DNA from: Candidatus Magasanikiibacteriota bacterium
Lineage (GTDB): Bacteria > Patescibacteriota > Patescibacteriia > Magasanikbacterales > UBA922
Assembly (NCBI GenBank): GCA_041674805.1
Contig: JBAYVA010000001.1
Coordinates: 390,612-454,611 of the forward strand
Length of the DNA: 64,000 bases
Direction of reading: 5' to 3'
In this document: positions 1 through 8,623 of the stretch, piece by piece
Layout of the letters: each line of letters opens with the position of its first letter
How positions within the stretch are numbered: position 1 is the first letter of the stretch
Position numbers and translations under genes: made by a program
The notes under the pieces: model-generated
Databases searched by the model: none
Told to the model about the DNA's origin: nothing
What the model saw: only the letters and a program-made list of their open reading frames with translations

Positions 1-2791
1 ACTTTTTATATTTCTTACCTGAACCGCATGGACAAGGATCATTACGACCAACTTTGTGGCCTTCCTCATCAAGAACTTTGCCTTCCACAATCCCCGCTTC
101 AGCATTGGTAGTCTTTTCAGCACCTTTGAGCGTCATTTTGTCTGTCGCCATAATACTTGGTGCCAATTGTAAACCGATGTTAATTTTAAAGAATGTATAA
201 ACAACTTCTTTTTGAATATTGGCTAGTAATTGATTGAAAAGATGAAAACTTTCTTGTTTGTATTCAACCAGTGGATCACGTTGACCATAACCACGCAGCC
301 CAATACCAGTCCGCAAATAATCAATAGCTACCAAATAATCTACCCAAAGATTATCAATAGTTCTAAGCAAAACACTTCTTTGTAATTCTGACACCACTTT
401 TGTTTTGTTTTCATTTGTCTCAATTTGATCTTGAATATTATTCAACATTTGATTATATTCATGTCTTGCTTTGGCCAATAAAAATTCAGTCAATTTGTCA
501 CGTCTTTCTACTTCACTCAAAGTATTGTTGTCTTTGCCAAAATCCAAAATAGTTTTTTTGTCTTCTTCTGACAAAGAAAAAATAGTTTTGATAGTTTCTA
601 CTATTTCTGCCAAATTCCATTGAGTATCATCTTCTGTTCCTGTATGAAAAGATACTACAAATTCTATTTCATTTTCAATCATTTCCATTATCATGTCGTG
701 CAATGACAAATAACTTTCTTTGGTAGACAACAAAGTTGCTTCTGGTTTTATTTTTTGTTCTTCTTTGCTAACTTCAATATTTTTTGTTTCTTTATTTGCC
801 AAATCCAAAACTTGACGACGTTTTTTGTAAATAACACTACGTTGTTTATTCAAAACATCATCATATTCAAGTAAATGTTTACGAGTATCAAAATGATGAG
901 CTTCTACTTTTTTTTGTGCACTTTCAAGCATTCTAGTAATAAAAGATTGCTCAATAGGCATATCATCTGGAATATTGAAACGTGTCATGACATTTTTTAG
1001 TCTGTCTCCGGCAAAAATACGCATCAAATCATCTTCAGTTGAAACAAAAAATTGTGTTTGACCAGGATCTCCTTGACGAGCACTACGACCGCGGAGCTGA
1101 TTGTCAATTCTACGAGATTCATGACGTTCAGTACCCAAAACAAATAAACCACCCGCTTGTTTTACTTTTTCAAAAGCTTCATTATCAAAAGGAACACCAC
1201 CAAGTTTGATATCTACACCACGACCAGCCATATTGGTAGCCAAAGTCACTGCTCCAGGACGACCAGCTTGAGCAATGATTTCACCTTCACGTTCATGATT
1301 TTTAGCATTCAATACTTCGTGAGTAATACCATTGATAGCCAAATATTGACTCAAATATTCATTTTTTTCTACAGAAATAGTACCAATAAGTACTGGTTGA
1401 CCTTTGGCTTGACATTCTTTGATTTTTTCAACTATTGCTTTGTTTTTACCTTTTTCATTCTTATAAATTCTATCTGGAAAATCAGTACGAGCATCTTGTT
1501 TGTTTGTTGGTACTACTAAAACTTCTAATCCATAAATTTTGTAAAATTCTTCTTCTTCTGTTTTGGCAGTACCTGTCATACCACCAAGTTTGCGATACAT
1601 ACGGAAAAGATTTTGAAAAGTAATAGTTGCCAAAGTTCTACTTTCACGTTGAATATTAACATTTTCTTTGGCTTCAATAGCTTGATGCAAGCCTTCAGAA
1701 TAACGACGACCTGGCATTTTGCGTCCAGTAAATTCATCAATAATAATAACTTCAGAATTTTCTACGATATAATCTTTGTCACGTTTGAATAATACTTCTG
1801 CTTTCAACGCTTGTTCTATATGATGTACAATCGCAATACCACCTTCAACATAAATATTTTCAATACCTAATAATTTTTCAAATTTAGTAATACCTGTTTC
1901 TGTCAAAGTAGCACTACGCATTTTTTCATCCAAATTATAATCTTCATTTTCTTTTAATTGTTTGACCCAAGCAGCAAATTGGTAATATTTGTCAGTAGCT
2001 TCCTCAGCAGGAGAAGAAATAATAAGAGGAGTTCTAGCTTCATCTATCAAAATAGAATCTATTTCATCGATAATAGCATAATGCATTTCATTGCCTGGAC
2101 GCATCACCATGTCATCAATAGTCTGTACCATGTTATCACGCAAATAATCAAAACCAAATTCATTGTTGGTACCATAAGTGATATCACAAGCATAGGCTTC
2201 TTGACGAGAAGCGGTACGCAAAAACTCATTTTCTACTTTGAAACTTTCTTTTTCCATTTCTTCAGCTGTTAATTCTTCTGGTTTTATTACAGAAGAATCA
2301 TAAACAAAAGAAACACGTTGATTTTGAATAATACCAACAGACAAACCAAGAAAATCATAAATTTTTGCCATCCAAATAGCATCACGTTTTGCCAAATAAT
2401 CATTGACTGTCACCACATGAACGCCCTTACCTTCTAAAGCATTTAGATAAACAGCCAAAGTAGAAGTAAGAGTTTTACCTTCACCTGTACGCATCTCAGC
2501 AATTTTGCCTTTGTGCAAAGCAGCTGCACCAATAATTTGTACATCATAATGACGCATACCCAATGTACGCTTGGCAGTTTCTCGCACAGTTGCAAAAGCT
2601 TCAGGCAAAATTTCATCCAATTTTTTACCTGCTTGCAATTCTTTTTTGAATTCCAAAGTTTTGTTTTTCAACTCTTCATCTGAAAGTTTTTCATAAGATT
2701 GTTCCAAAACATTGACAGCATCTACCACAGTTTGCAATTTTTTTAATTCTTTTTTGTTTCCATCTGGAAAAATTTTGTGTAAAAATGACAT
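1..2791 (-). CDS. secA: Preprotein translocase subunit SecA (3' end runs off the window)
   Basis: Manual translation from ATG 2791: MSFLHKIF...MRHYDVQ...AEMRTGEGKT...VTVNDYLA, ending in the SEC-C motif GRNDPCPCGSGKKYKK at the window edge. Absent from the ORF track because its stop lies outside the window. Confidence 0.97.
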   Translation of the reverse strand, partial: MSFLHKIFPDGNKKELKKLQTVVDAVNVLEQSYEKLSDEELKNKTLEFKKELQAGKKLDEILPEAFATVRETAKRTLGMRHYDVQIIGAAALHKGKIAEMRTGEGKTLTSTLAVYLNALEGKGVHVVTVNDYLAKRDAIWMAKIYDFLGLSVGIIQNQRVSFVYDSSVIKPEELTAEEMEKESFKVENEFLRTASRQEAYACDITYGTNNEFGFDYLRDNMVQTIDDMVMRPGNEMHYAIIDEIDSILIDEARTPLIISSPAEEATDKYYQFAAWVKQLKENEDYNLDEKMRSATLTETGITKFEKLLGIENIYVEGGIAIVHHIEQALKAEVLFKRDKDYIVENSEVIIIDEFTGRKMPGRRYSEGLHQAIEAKENVNIQRESRTLATITFQNLFRMYRKLGGMTGTAKTEEEEFYKIYGLEVLVVPTNKQDARTDFPDRIYKNEKGKNKAIVEKIKECQAKGQPVLIGTISVEKNEYLSQYLAINGITHEVLNAKNHEREGEIIAQAGRPGAVTLATNMAGRGVDIKLGGVPFDNEAFEKVKQAGGLFVLGTERHESRRIDNQLRGRSARQGDPGQTQFFVSTEDDLMRIFAGDRLKNVMTRFNIPDDMPIEQSFITRMLESAQKKVEAHHFDTRKHLLEYDDVLNKQRSVIYKKRRQVLDLANKETKNIEVSKEEQKIKPEATLLSTKESYLSLHDMIMEMIENEIEFVVSFHTGTEDDTQWNLAEIVETIKTIFSLSEEDKKTILDFGKDNNTLSEVERRDKLTEFLLAKARHEYNQMLNNIQDQIETNENKTKVVSELQRSVLLRTIDNLWVDYLVAIDYLRTGIGLRGYGQRDPLVEYKQESFHLFNQLLANIQKEVVYTFFKINIGLQLAPSIMATDKMTLKGAEKTTNAEAGIVEGKVLDEEGHKVGRNDPCPCGSGKKYKK

Positions 2792-2827
2792 ATTTTTGAT
2801 TATTTTTTCTGTTTAAAAAGCTGGGGT

Positions 2828-2856
2828 ATTGTACCAGCTTTTATAGGTTTTGTCTA
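2828..2856 (-). promoter_or_regulatory. Putative sigma70 promoter of secA
   Basis: Minus strand reads TAGACA-17 nt-TACAAT about 37 nt upstream of the ATG. Confidence 0.55.
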
Positions 2857-2885
2857 GATTACGTTCAAATAAATAAACAACTGAA

Positions 2886-3359
2886 TTAATTGAGGCTAAA
2901 TGTTTTAGATTTTGTAAATGTTGACTCTATATACTTAGACAACTCTGAAAACAAACCAGCCAAAGCTCCATAACTATAAACTATATCAAATAATCCATTT
3001 TTATAATCCTCAGAATCATCACTATCAATTTGTTTAAATTCATTTATTTTTTCAGAAAGAAAATTAGATTCATCTTTAAGAGAAGACAAAATAGACAAAA
3101 CTTCAGACCTCAAAACATTGTCATCTACAGTAAACATCAAAAAAGAAGTCTCAAAAAAACTCATTCTTTTTATGAATTCTTTACAAAAATCAGAAGCACT
3201 TTCCAACAACTCAGGTTTTACAGATAAACATTCTTCTTCACTTTTAGCTAAGCTTTCAAGTTCATCCATTATTTTTTTAGATGAAATAAAATTTTTTTCT
3301 AAAATACTTATTATCATTTTTAGATTTTCTAAATGATGATGCTTTTCTAATAATTCCAT
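2886..3359 (-). CDS. Hypothetical helical acidic protein
   Basis: 157 aa ORF directly downstream of hpf; no recognised motif. Confidence 0.6.
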   Translation of the reverse strand: MELLEKHHHLENLKMIISILEKNFISSKKIMDELESLAKSEEECLSVKPELLESASDFCKEFIKRMSFFETSFLMFTVDDNVLRSEVLSILSSLKDESNFLSEKINEFKQIDSDDSEDYKNGLFDIVYSYGALAGLFSELSKYIESTFTKSKTFSLN

Positions 3360-3364
3360 ACAAT

Positions 3365-3703
3365 TTATTCCTGATAACCTTTGTTATTTCTCAAACTTTC
3401 TTTATCTTTGTCTCTCATTTTTCCTTTCATTTTTTCAAGTTCTACTTTCAAATGATCTTTTACTTTATCAATTGCTTTGTACAAATCTTCTGAATTCTTA
3501 CTTACTCTAAGCAGTCTCCCAGGAACTCCCAAATTTACTTCTGCAAAATAAGGTTTTTCTTTATTTTGTTTATCCATACCAACTTCAATATCAGCACTTT
3601 GAATATTATCAAAATAATGAGTCATACTTTCTATTTTTTCCAAAGCATATTCTTTTATTGCTTCTGTAAGTTCAATGTTTGTGGCTTTTATATTTGTTGT
3701 CAT
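3365..3703 (-). CDS. raiA: Ribosome hibernation factor HPF/RaiA
   Basis: NIKATNIELTEAIKEY...SEDLYKAIDKV matches the S30AE family pattern. Confidence 0.92.
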   Translation of the reverse strand: MTTNIKATNIELTEAIKEYALEKIESMTHYFDNIQSADIEVGMDKQNKEKPYFAEVNLGVPGRLLRVSKNSEDLYKAIDKVKDHLKVELEKMKGKMRDKDKESLRNNKGYQE

Positions 3704-3737
3704 ATTTTTTTAATTAAATGAATTAATTATTTTTTAT

Positions 3738-4148
3738 TTATTTTTCTATTGTATTGAAATCTACAAATTCATCCTCAGAAATACCATGACTTTCCAAATA
3801 CTTAGATACAAGATATCTAAGATTTCCTTGAACATTTTCTAATGGTGAATTTGAGTTACTCTTTAAATTATTTTTTATGTCATTTAAAGTACTCTGAGCT
3901 AAAGCCCTATCAGCGTTATTACCAAAATCAGATACAATTTTATCTATTTTAAAAACAACCTCAGCACATTTGATTTTTCTCTCTTCATTATTAAGTCCTG
4001 ACAAATACAACTCTTCAACTCCCTCCATACAAAATAGAAATGCATCACTTATAAATTCAAGTCTTTGATTTTTTACAGTTTCATTGTCATTACCAGCTTC
4101 CAAACCAGGCACAAAATAACCTGACAAATCATTTTTTCTCTCTGTCAT
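3738..4148 (-). CDS. Hypothetical protein
   Basis: 136 aa ORF, co-oriented, with short spacers. Confidence 0.6.
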   Translation of the reverse strand: MTERKNDLSGYFVPGLEAGNDNETVKNQRLEFISDAFLFCMEGVEELYLSGLNNEERKIKCAEVVFKIDKIVSDFGNNADRALAQSTLNDIKNNLKSNSNSPLENVQGNLRYLVSKYLESHGISEDEFVDFNTIEK

Positions 4149-4165
4149 AATTAATTATTACGTAT

Positions 4166-5125
4166 TTAAAAGACAATTTCTTGCACTTCAGTCTCCAGAT
4201 TTATCTTAAATTTATTATACACTTTTTCTTTTACTTCATCAATAAGATTTTTGACATCTTCAGCAGTAGCCCCACCCAAATTCACAATAAAATTGGCATG
4301 TTTTTCACTAACTTGAGCCTTGCCTATCTGAAGTCCTTTGCACCCAGCGTTATCTACCAACCATCCAGCAGATATTACACCTTTATCCAAAAATTCTTGT
4401 GGAATATCCTGGCTTTTGGCTTTTGGCTTTTGGCTTTTGACTACTACATTTTTGAAAATACAACCTGAAGAAGCAAAACCTTGTGGCTGTGTAGAATTTC
4501 TATATTGAATATTTTCAAGAGCCTTCTTCATCAAGTCCTTACTTTCTTCTGTACTCTTTTCTAGTTTCAACCAAACTCGCAAAATTACGTCATTATTAAG
4601 TTTGAAACTACTTTCACGATAAGCAAATCCACATTCTTCATTTGTCAATTCCAAAATTTCACCTTGACGATAGACTTCTACCCTTTCGATATTACCTTTC
4701 ATGTCACCTCCCATAGCACCAGCATTACCACGCACAGCTCCACCGATTGTCCCAGGCACACCAATCCCCCATTCAAATCCAGTAAGCCCAAGTCTGACAC
4801 TTTCACGAGCTACAGCTACAGTGATACAGCCAGCATCTACTTGCAAAATATCATTTTCTAATTGTTTTATTTCTGAACTAGCTACTTTTATCACCACTGC
4901 GTCTAATTCCTTATCAGTACAAAGCACATTACTTCCACCACCAAGAATAACATATTCCACATTTTCTTCACGCAAAAAATTCAAAACTTCTACAAGTTTA
5001 GAGTTATTATCAATTGTGATGAAATATTTAGCAGGACCACCAAGCTTGAAAGTAGTATGCTTGGACATTGGCTCGTTTAATTTTACTTTGCCAAATTTTT
5101 TGAGAGTTGTGTAGATTGTATCCAT
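4166..5125 (-). CDS. murB: UDP-N-acetylenolpyruvoylglucosamine reductase
   Basis: HTTFKLGG, LGGGSNVL, GVPGTIGGAVRGNAGA, SSGCIFKN, VSEKHANFIVN. Confidence 0.96.
   Translation of the reverse strand: MDTIYTTLKKFGKVKLNEPMSKHTTFKLGGPAKYFITIDNNSKLVEVLNFLREENVEYVILGGGSNVLCTDKELDAVVIKVASSEIKQLENDILQVDAGCITVAVARESVRLGLTGFEWGIGVPGTIGGAVRGNAGAMGGDMKGNIERVEVYRQGEILELTNEECGFAYRESSFKLNNDVILRVWLKLEKSTEESKDLMKKALENIQYRNSTQPQGFASSGCIFKNVVVKSQKPKAKSQDIPQEFLDKGVISAGWLVDNAGCKGLQIGKAQVSEKHANFIVNLGGATAEDVKNLIDEVKEKVYNKFKINLETEVQEIVF
4410..4442. repeat. 7-nt tandem repeat (TGGCTTT)x4 in frame within murB
   Basis: Four perfect units plus a partial one, encoding KSQKPKAKSQ. Confidence 0.9.
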
Positions 5126-5134
5126 AAGATTATA

Positions 5135-5180
5135 TCATCCTAAATCAACAGGAAGGGATCCCTGCCTGCCGGCAGGCAGG
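5135..5180. repeat. Degenerate TCATCC...GGATC element plus a perfect 20-bp palindrome CCTGCCTGCCGGCAGGCAGG
   Basis: 5161-5180 is its own reverse complement and GC-rich in an AT-rich context. 5135-5160 resembles 42186-42220 and the reverse complement of 11780-11811. Confidence 0.8.
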
Positions 5181-5251
5181 TTTTTAAAATTTAAACTTTG
5201 CTAATTAAATAATTATAATTTTAATAATAAACAATTTTAACAAAATACTTA

Positions 5252-6544
5252 TTATGTTAAAGATGCTTGATCAAAATCAATCAAATAAACTCGTGGACAA
5301 CGCGTCAAATCAGGTTTACCATTTTCATCTTTATAAAATAATAAAACAAAATTTCCACCATGATAATCATGACCATGTTCTATACCCAATTTTTTTATAC
5401 ATTTTCTTATTTTTTTAATCTTTTCTTCAATTTCTACTCTGAAAATAGTAGCAACACCACCACCAATGAGATCTTCTTCTTCATAATCACCAAAAGAAGG
5501 CCCATCTATTACTCCAGAAAATACGTCAACTATTTTTGATTTACTATTCAAAGTTGAAATTTTTACAATAGGTTCGATAGGTACATAGTCAAAACCTTGT
5601 CTTTCCCAAAAAGTATAAGATTCATAAGCTTTTTTCCAAGCCATAAGTGATTGAACAGGAATTTTTCTAAGTATGACTTTATTTTTCAAAGATTCTTCTT
5701 CCTTACCAAGTACTTTGTCAAAAAGAAAAGTATCAGGACCTGTCTTTTTTTGTTTTGTTCTTACTCGAAAATCTTCTTTATATAAACCAACAGAAGTCCA
5801 TTCTGGATGTTCTCTTATAATTTCTAATTGTTGTTGTTCTGACAAAAATTGAATCATTTTTGAATATTTAAAACGTGCATAAATAATATCACTTAATAAA
5901 CCTTTTCTGATAATATCTGCTAACAATTCCTGTAATTCTAATTGTTGTTGTTCTGAAGTATATTGAATCATACTTGCAAATTCAAAACGTACATATGAAT
6001 CATTAATTAATAAACTTTTTCTGATAACACTTGCTAACAATTCCTGTAATTCTAATTGTTGTTGTTCTGAAGTATATTGAATCATACTTGCAGAATTAAA
6101 ACGTACATATGAATCATTAATTAATAAACCTTTTCTGATAATATCTGCTAACAATTCCTGTAATTCTAATTGTTGTTCATGAGGTAAATTTTTAATCATC
6201 TTTGCAAACTCAAGACATACATATATATTACGATCTGACAAACCTTTTTTAACAATTTCTATTGATAATTTTTGTGATTCTAATTGTTGTTTATGAGGTA
6301 AATTTTGGATCATCTTTGCAGATTCAATACATATAATGCTATTAGAATCTGGTAAACCTGCCTTCACAATACCAATCAATTTTCCTTTATTAAATTTATC
6401 AACACTCTCTCGATACCTATCCACATCTTCCTGAGTAAAATCACTACCAGGCAAACTGTACATAGCACGAATAACAGGATCAACATCCTGTTCTTTTGAT
6501 TCTAAAGTTTCTAATTTTTTATCTAAAATTATTGTTTCAGACAT
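5252..6544 (-). CDS. HEAT-like repeat protein with C-terminal atypical kinase-like domain
   Basis: 38-aa helical repeats; C-terminal GIEHGHDYHGGNF and VYLIDFDQA resemble kinase catalytic and Mg-binding loops. Confidence 0.6.
   Translation of the reverse strand: MSETIILDKKLETLESKEQDVDPVIRAMYSLPGSDFTQEDVDRYRESVDKFNKGKLIGIVKAGLPDSNSIICIESAKMIQNLPHKQQLESQKLSIEIVKKGLSDRNIYVCLEFAKMIKNLPHEQQLELQELLADIIRKGLLINDSYVRFNSASMIQYTSEQQQLELQELLASVIRKSLLINDSYVRFEFASMIQYTSEQQQLELQELLADIIRKGLLSDIIYARFKYSKMIQFLSEQQQLEIIREHPEWTSVGLYKEDFRVRTKQKKTGPDTFLFDKVLGKEEESLKNKVILRKIPVQSLMAWKKAYESYTFWERQGFDYVPIEPIVKISTLNSKSKIVDVFSGVIDGPSFGDYEEEDLIGGGVATIFRVEIEEKIKKIRKCIKKLGIEHGHDYHGGNFVLLFYKDENGKPDLTRCPRVYLIDFDQASLT
5821..6320. 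repeat. 114-nt coding tandem repeat (about 4.5 units, central units near-identical)
   Basis: TTAATAAA anchor recurs at 5893, 6007 and 6121; peptide unit QQQLELQELLA.IIRKGLLINDSYVRF..ASMIQYTSE. Confidence 0.9.
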
Positions 6545-6609
6545 AAATGCAACTTGATTATTTTACACTTTTACACTATAATTTTGCTATATCATCAATA
6601 AATTAGATT

Positions 6610-8571
6610 ATGCAAAAATTACTAAACAAAAATATTATCTACGTCACCCGTGACATCGAACGTGCCACTGGTTTTGACTTGTCTAATCCTAACTATTATA
6701 TTATCTCAAATAGTAGCACATTTGCCAAGCAGATAGCCAAAGACAAAAACAACATTTTGCTAATTGAAGCTGAAAAACAAATAGATACTTGGGAACTTTT
6801 GGAAAAATCTGAAAGCAAAAATTTTATAAACAAAATTATTGATCCCCAAATATTGGTTTTCAAACCAACTACACAAATAGAAAAAATTTGTGCTGAAAAT
6901 AATTGGAAACTATTAAACCCTAGTGCTACTTTGGCAAACAAAGTAGAACAAAAAATTTCTAGTGTAAATTGGTTAGATGAAGACAGTAAATATTTTCCTG
7001 ATGCCAAAATAAATACTTGTGAAAATATTGAATTCAAAAATGAAAAGTTTATTTTACAATATAACCAATCTCACACTGGCAGTGGCACAATGCTGATTGA
7101 ATCAAAAAAACAATTAGATGAAATAAAAAATAAATTTCCTAAACGTGATTGCAAAACCAGCAGATTTGTTGAAGGTATTTTGCTTACCAACAACAATGTT
7201 GTCACAGACAAAGAAACAATGCTTGGTAATATAAATTATCAAATCACAGGACTTGAACCTTTTACCAAAAACAAATTTGCCACGATTGGCAATGATTGGG
7301 GTCTAGCACACAAATTATTAAATGAAAATTTGTTAAAACAATACCAAGAAATTGTAGAAGCCATTGGCAAAAGATTGAGAACAGAAAATTGGCGTGGACT
7401 TTTTGGAGTAGATATTATTTGGGAAACAAAAACCAACAAATTATATTTGATAGAAATCAATGCTCGCCAACCAGCTAGTACAACTTTTGAATCACAATTG
7501 CAAATGCAAAATAAAAAATCAGAAAATGACATCACGACATTTGAAGCTCATATACTAGCCTTAATCGGTGAAAGTTTGAAAAATAAAAAATTGATTGCAA
7601 TTACTGATGGTGCCCAAATAATTTTACGCAAATCACAAGAAAATATTGATACTGAAAATATAAAATCAAAATTGGAAAAAGAAAATTTCAATGTTATCAA
7701 ATACGACAATGACAAAGAAAATTCAGACTTACTTAGAATCCAAAGTAATTCTTCAATTATGAAAGAACACGAAAAATTTAACGAAAACGGCACAAAAATT
7801 GTAAGAGGAATGAAGAATGAGGAAAGAGGAATGGTTTCGAAAATGATTGAACATTATTTAAATCTAAAAGTTGGAAATACGACAGTAACCTGCCCTTACT
7901 TCAATAATCGAAGATCACAAATCCGTGGTGCTCTCGCTGTCCTCATCGGCAAAGGTAGTCCTGAAAGTATTGAAGAAGAACTACAAATAATTTCTCTCAA
8001 AGAAAAAATTGACTTGAACAACTTGCCAGCTGAAAAAATAAAAGAATTTTTGGTAAATAATAATCTTGGGGTTGACTGCTCTGGTTTCGTTTATCACATT
8101 CTAGATGCTTTAGTGCAAGATAAAAAAAATAAAAAACTAAAACAAATTATTCACTTTCCTCTCGCCAAAAGTGTGGTAAGAAAAATGATTGCCAAATTAC
8201 GTCCAGCTGAAAATTGTGGTGTCACGACTCTGGCTCACGAAATTAATAGTAAAAAAATAAATTTGAAAGAAGTGGAAGCCAATGATTTCATTATTTTTCT
8301 TGGCAGTGGACCAAAACAAGATTACAATCATATCATGTTTGTCGAAAGTGTCACTAACAAAACTATAAACTATATTCATGCGTACAAGTGGCCAAGCGAT
8401 GGACAATACAACCATGGTGTCAGACGTGGCCAAATTGAAATCATTGACGAAAACAAAAATATTCTCGAACAAAAGTGGCTTGAACAAGAAAAAACAGCTG
8501 AAAACAATTGGACTTGGTTGCAAGCCAAAAGTGCGAATGAAATATTTGTAGGAAGACTGAAAAACATTTAA
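6610..8571 (+). CDS. ATP-grasp ligase fused to NlpC/P60-like cysteine peptidase domain
   Basis: N-terminal part: HTGSGT, GLFGVDII, LIEINARQ. C-terminal part: GVDCSGFVYH...NHIMFV...YIHA (Cys-His-His). Confidence 0.75.
   Translation: MQKLLNKNIIYVTRDIERATGFDLSNPNYYIISNSSTFAKQIAKDKNNILLIEAEKQIDTWELLEKSESKNFINKIIDPQILVFKPTTQIEKICAENNWKLLNPSATLANKVEQKISSVNWLDEDSKYFPDAKINTCENIEFKNEKFILQYNQSHTGSGTMLIESKKQLDEIKNKFPKRDCKTSRFVEGILLTNNNVVTDKETMLGNINYQITGLEPFTKNKFATIGNDWGLAHKLLNENLLKQYQEIVEAIGKRLRTENWRGLFGVDIIWETKTNKLYLIEINARQPASTTFESQLQMQNKKSENDITTFEAHILALIGESLKNKKLIAITDGAQIILRKSQENIDTENIKSKLEKENFNVIKYDNDKENSDLLRIQSNSSIMKEHEKFNENGTKIVRGMKNEERGMVSKMIEHYLNLKVGNTTVTCPYFNNRRSQIRGALAVLIGKGSPESIEEELQIISLKEKIDLNNLPAEKIKEFLVNNNLGVDCSGFVYHILDALVQDKKNKKLKQIIHFPLAKSVVRKMIAKLRPAENCGVTTLAHEINSKKINLKEVEANDFIIFLGSGPKQDYNHIMFVESVTNKTINYIHAYKWPSDGQYNHGVRRGQIEIIDENKNILEQKWLEQEKTAENNWTWLQAKSANEIFVGRLKNI
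7804..7833. repeat. 7-nt degenerate tandem repeat in frame at the domain junction
   Basis: agaggaa-tgaagaa-tgaggaa-agaggaa, encoding RGMKNEERGM. Confidence 0.8.
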
Positions 8572-8623
8572 CAAATATCAAAAAACAGTCTTACCAAATT
8601 TGGTATTATACACACAATATTTA

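Noticed and set aside
1157-2272. Plus-strand ORFs 1157-1519, 1435-1623 and 1958-2272
   Set aside because: They are antisense shadows of secA. The same applies to most short ORFs overlapping long genes in the track.
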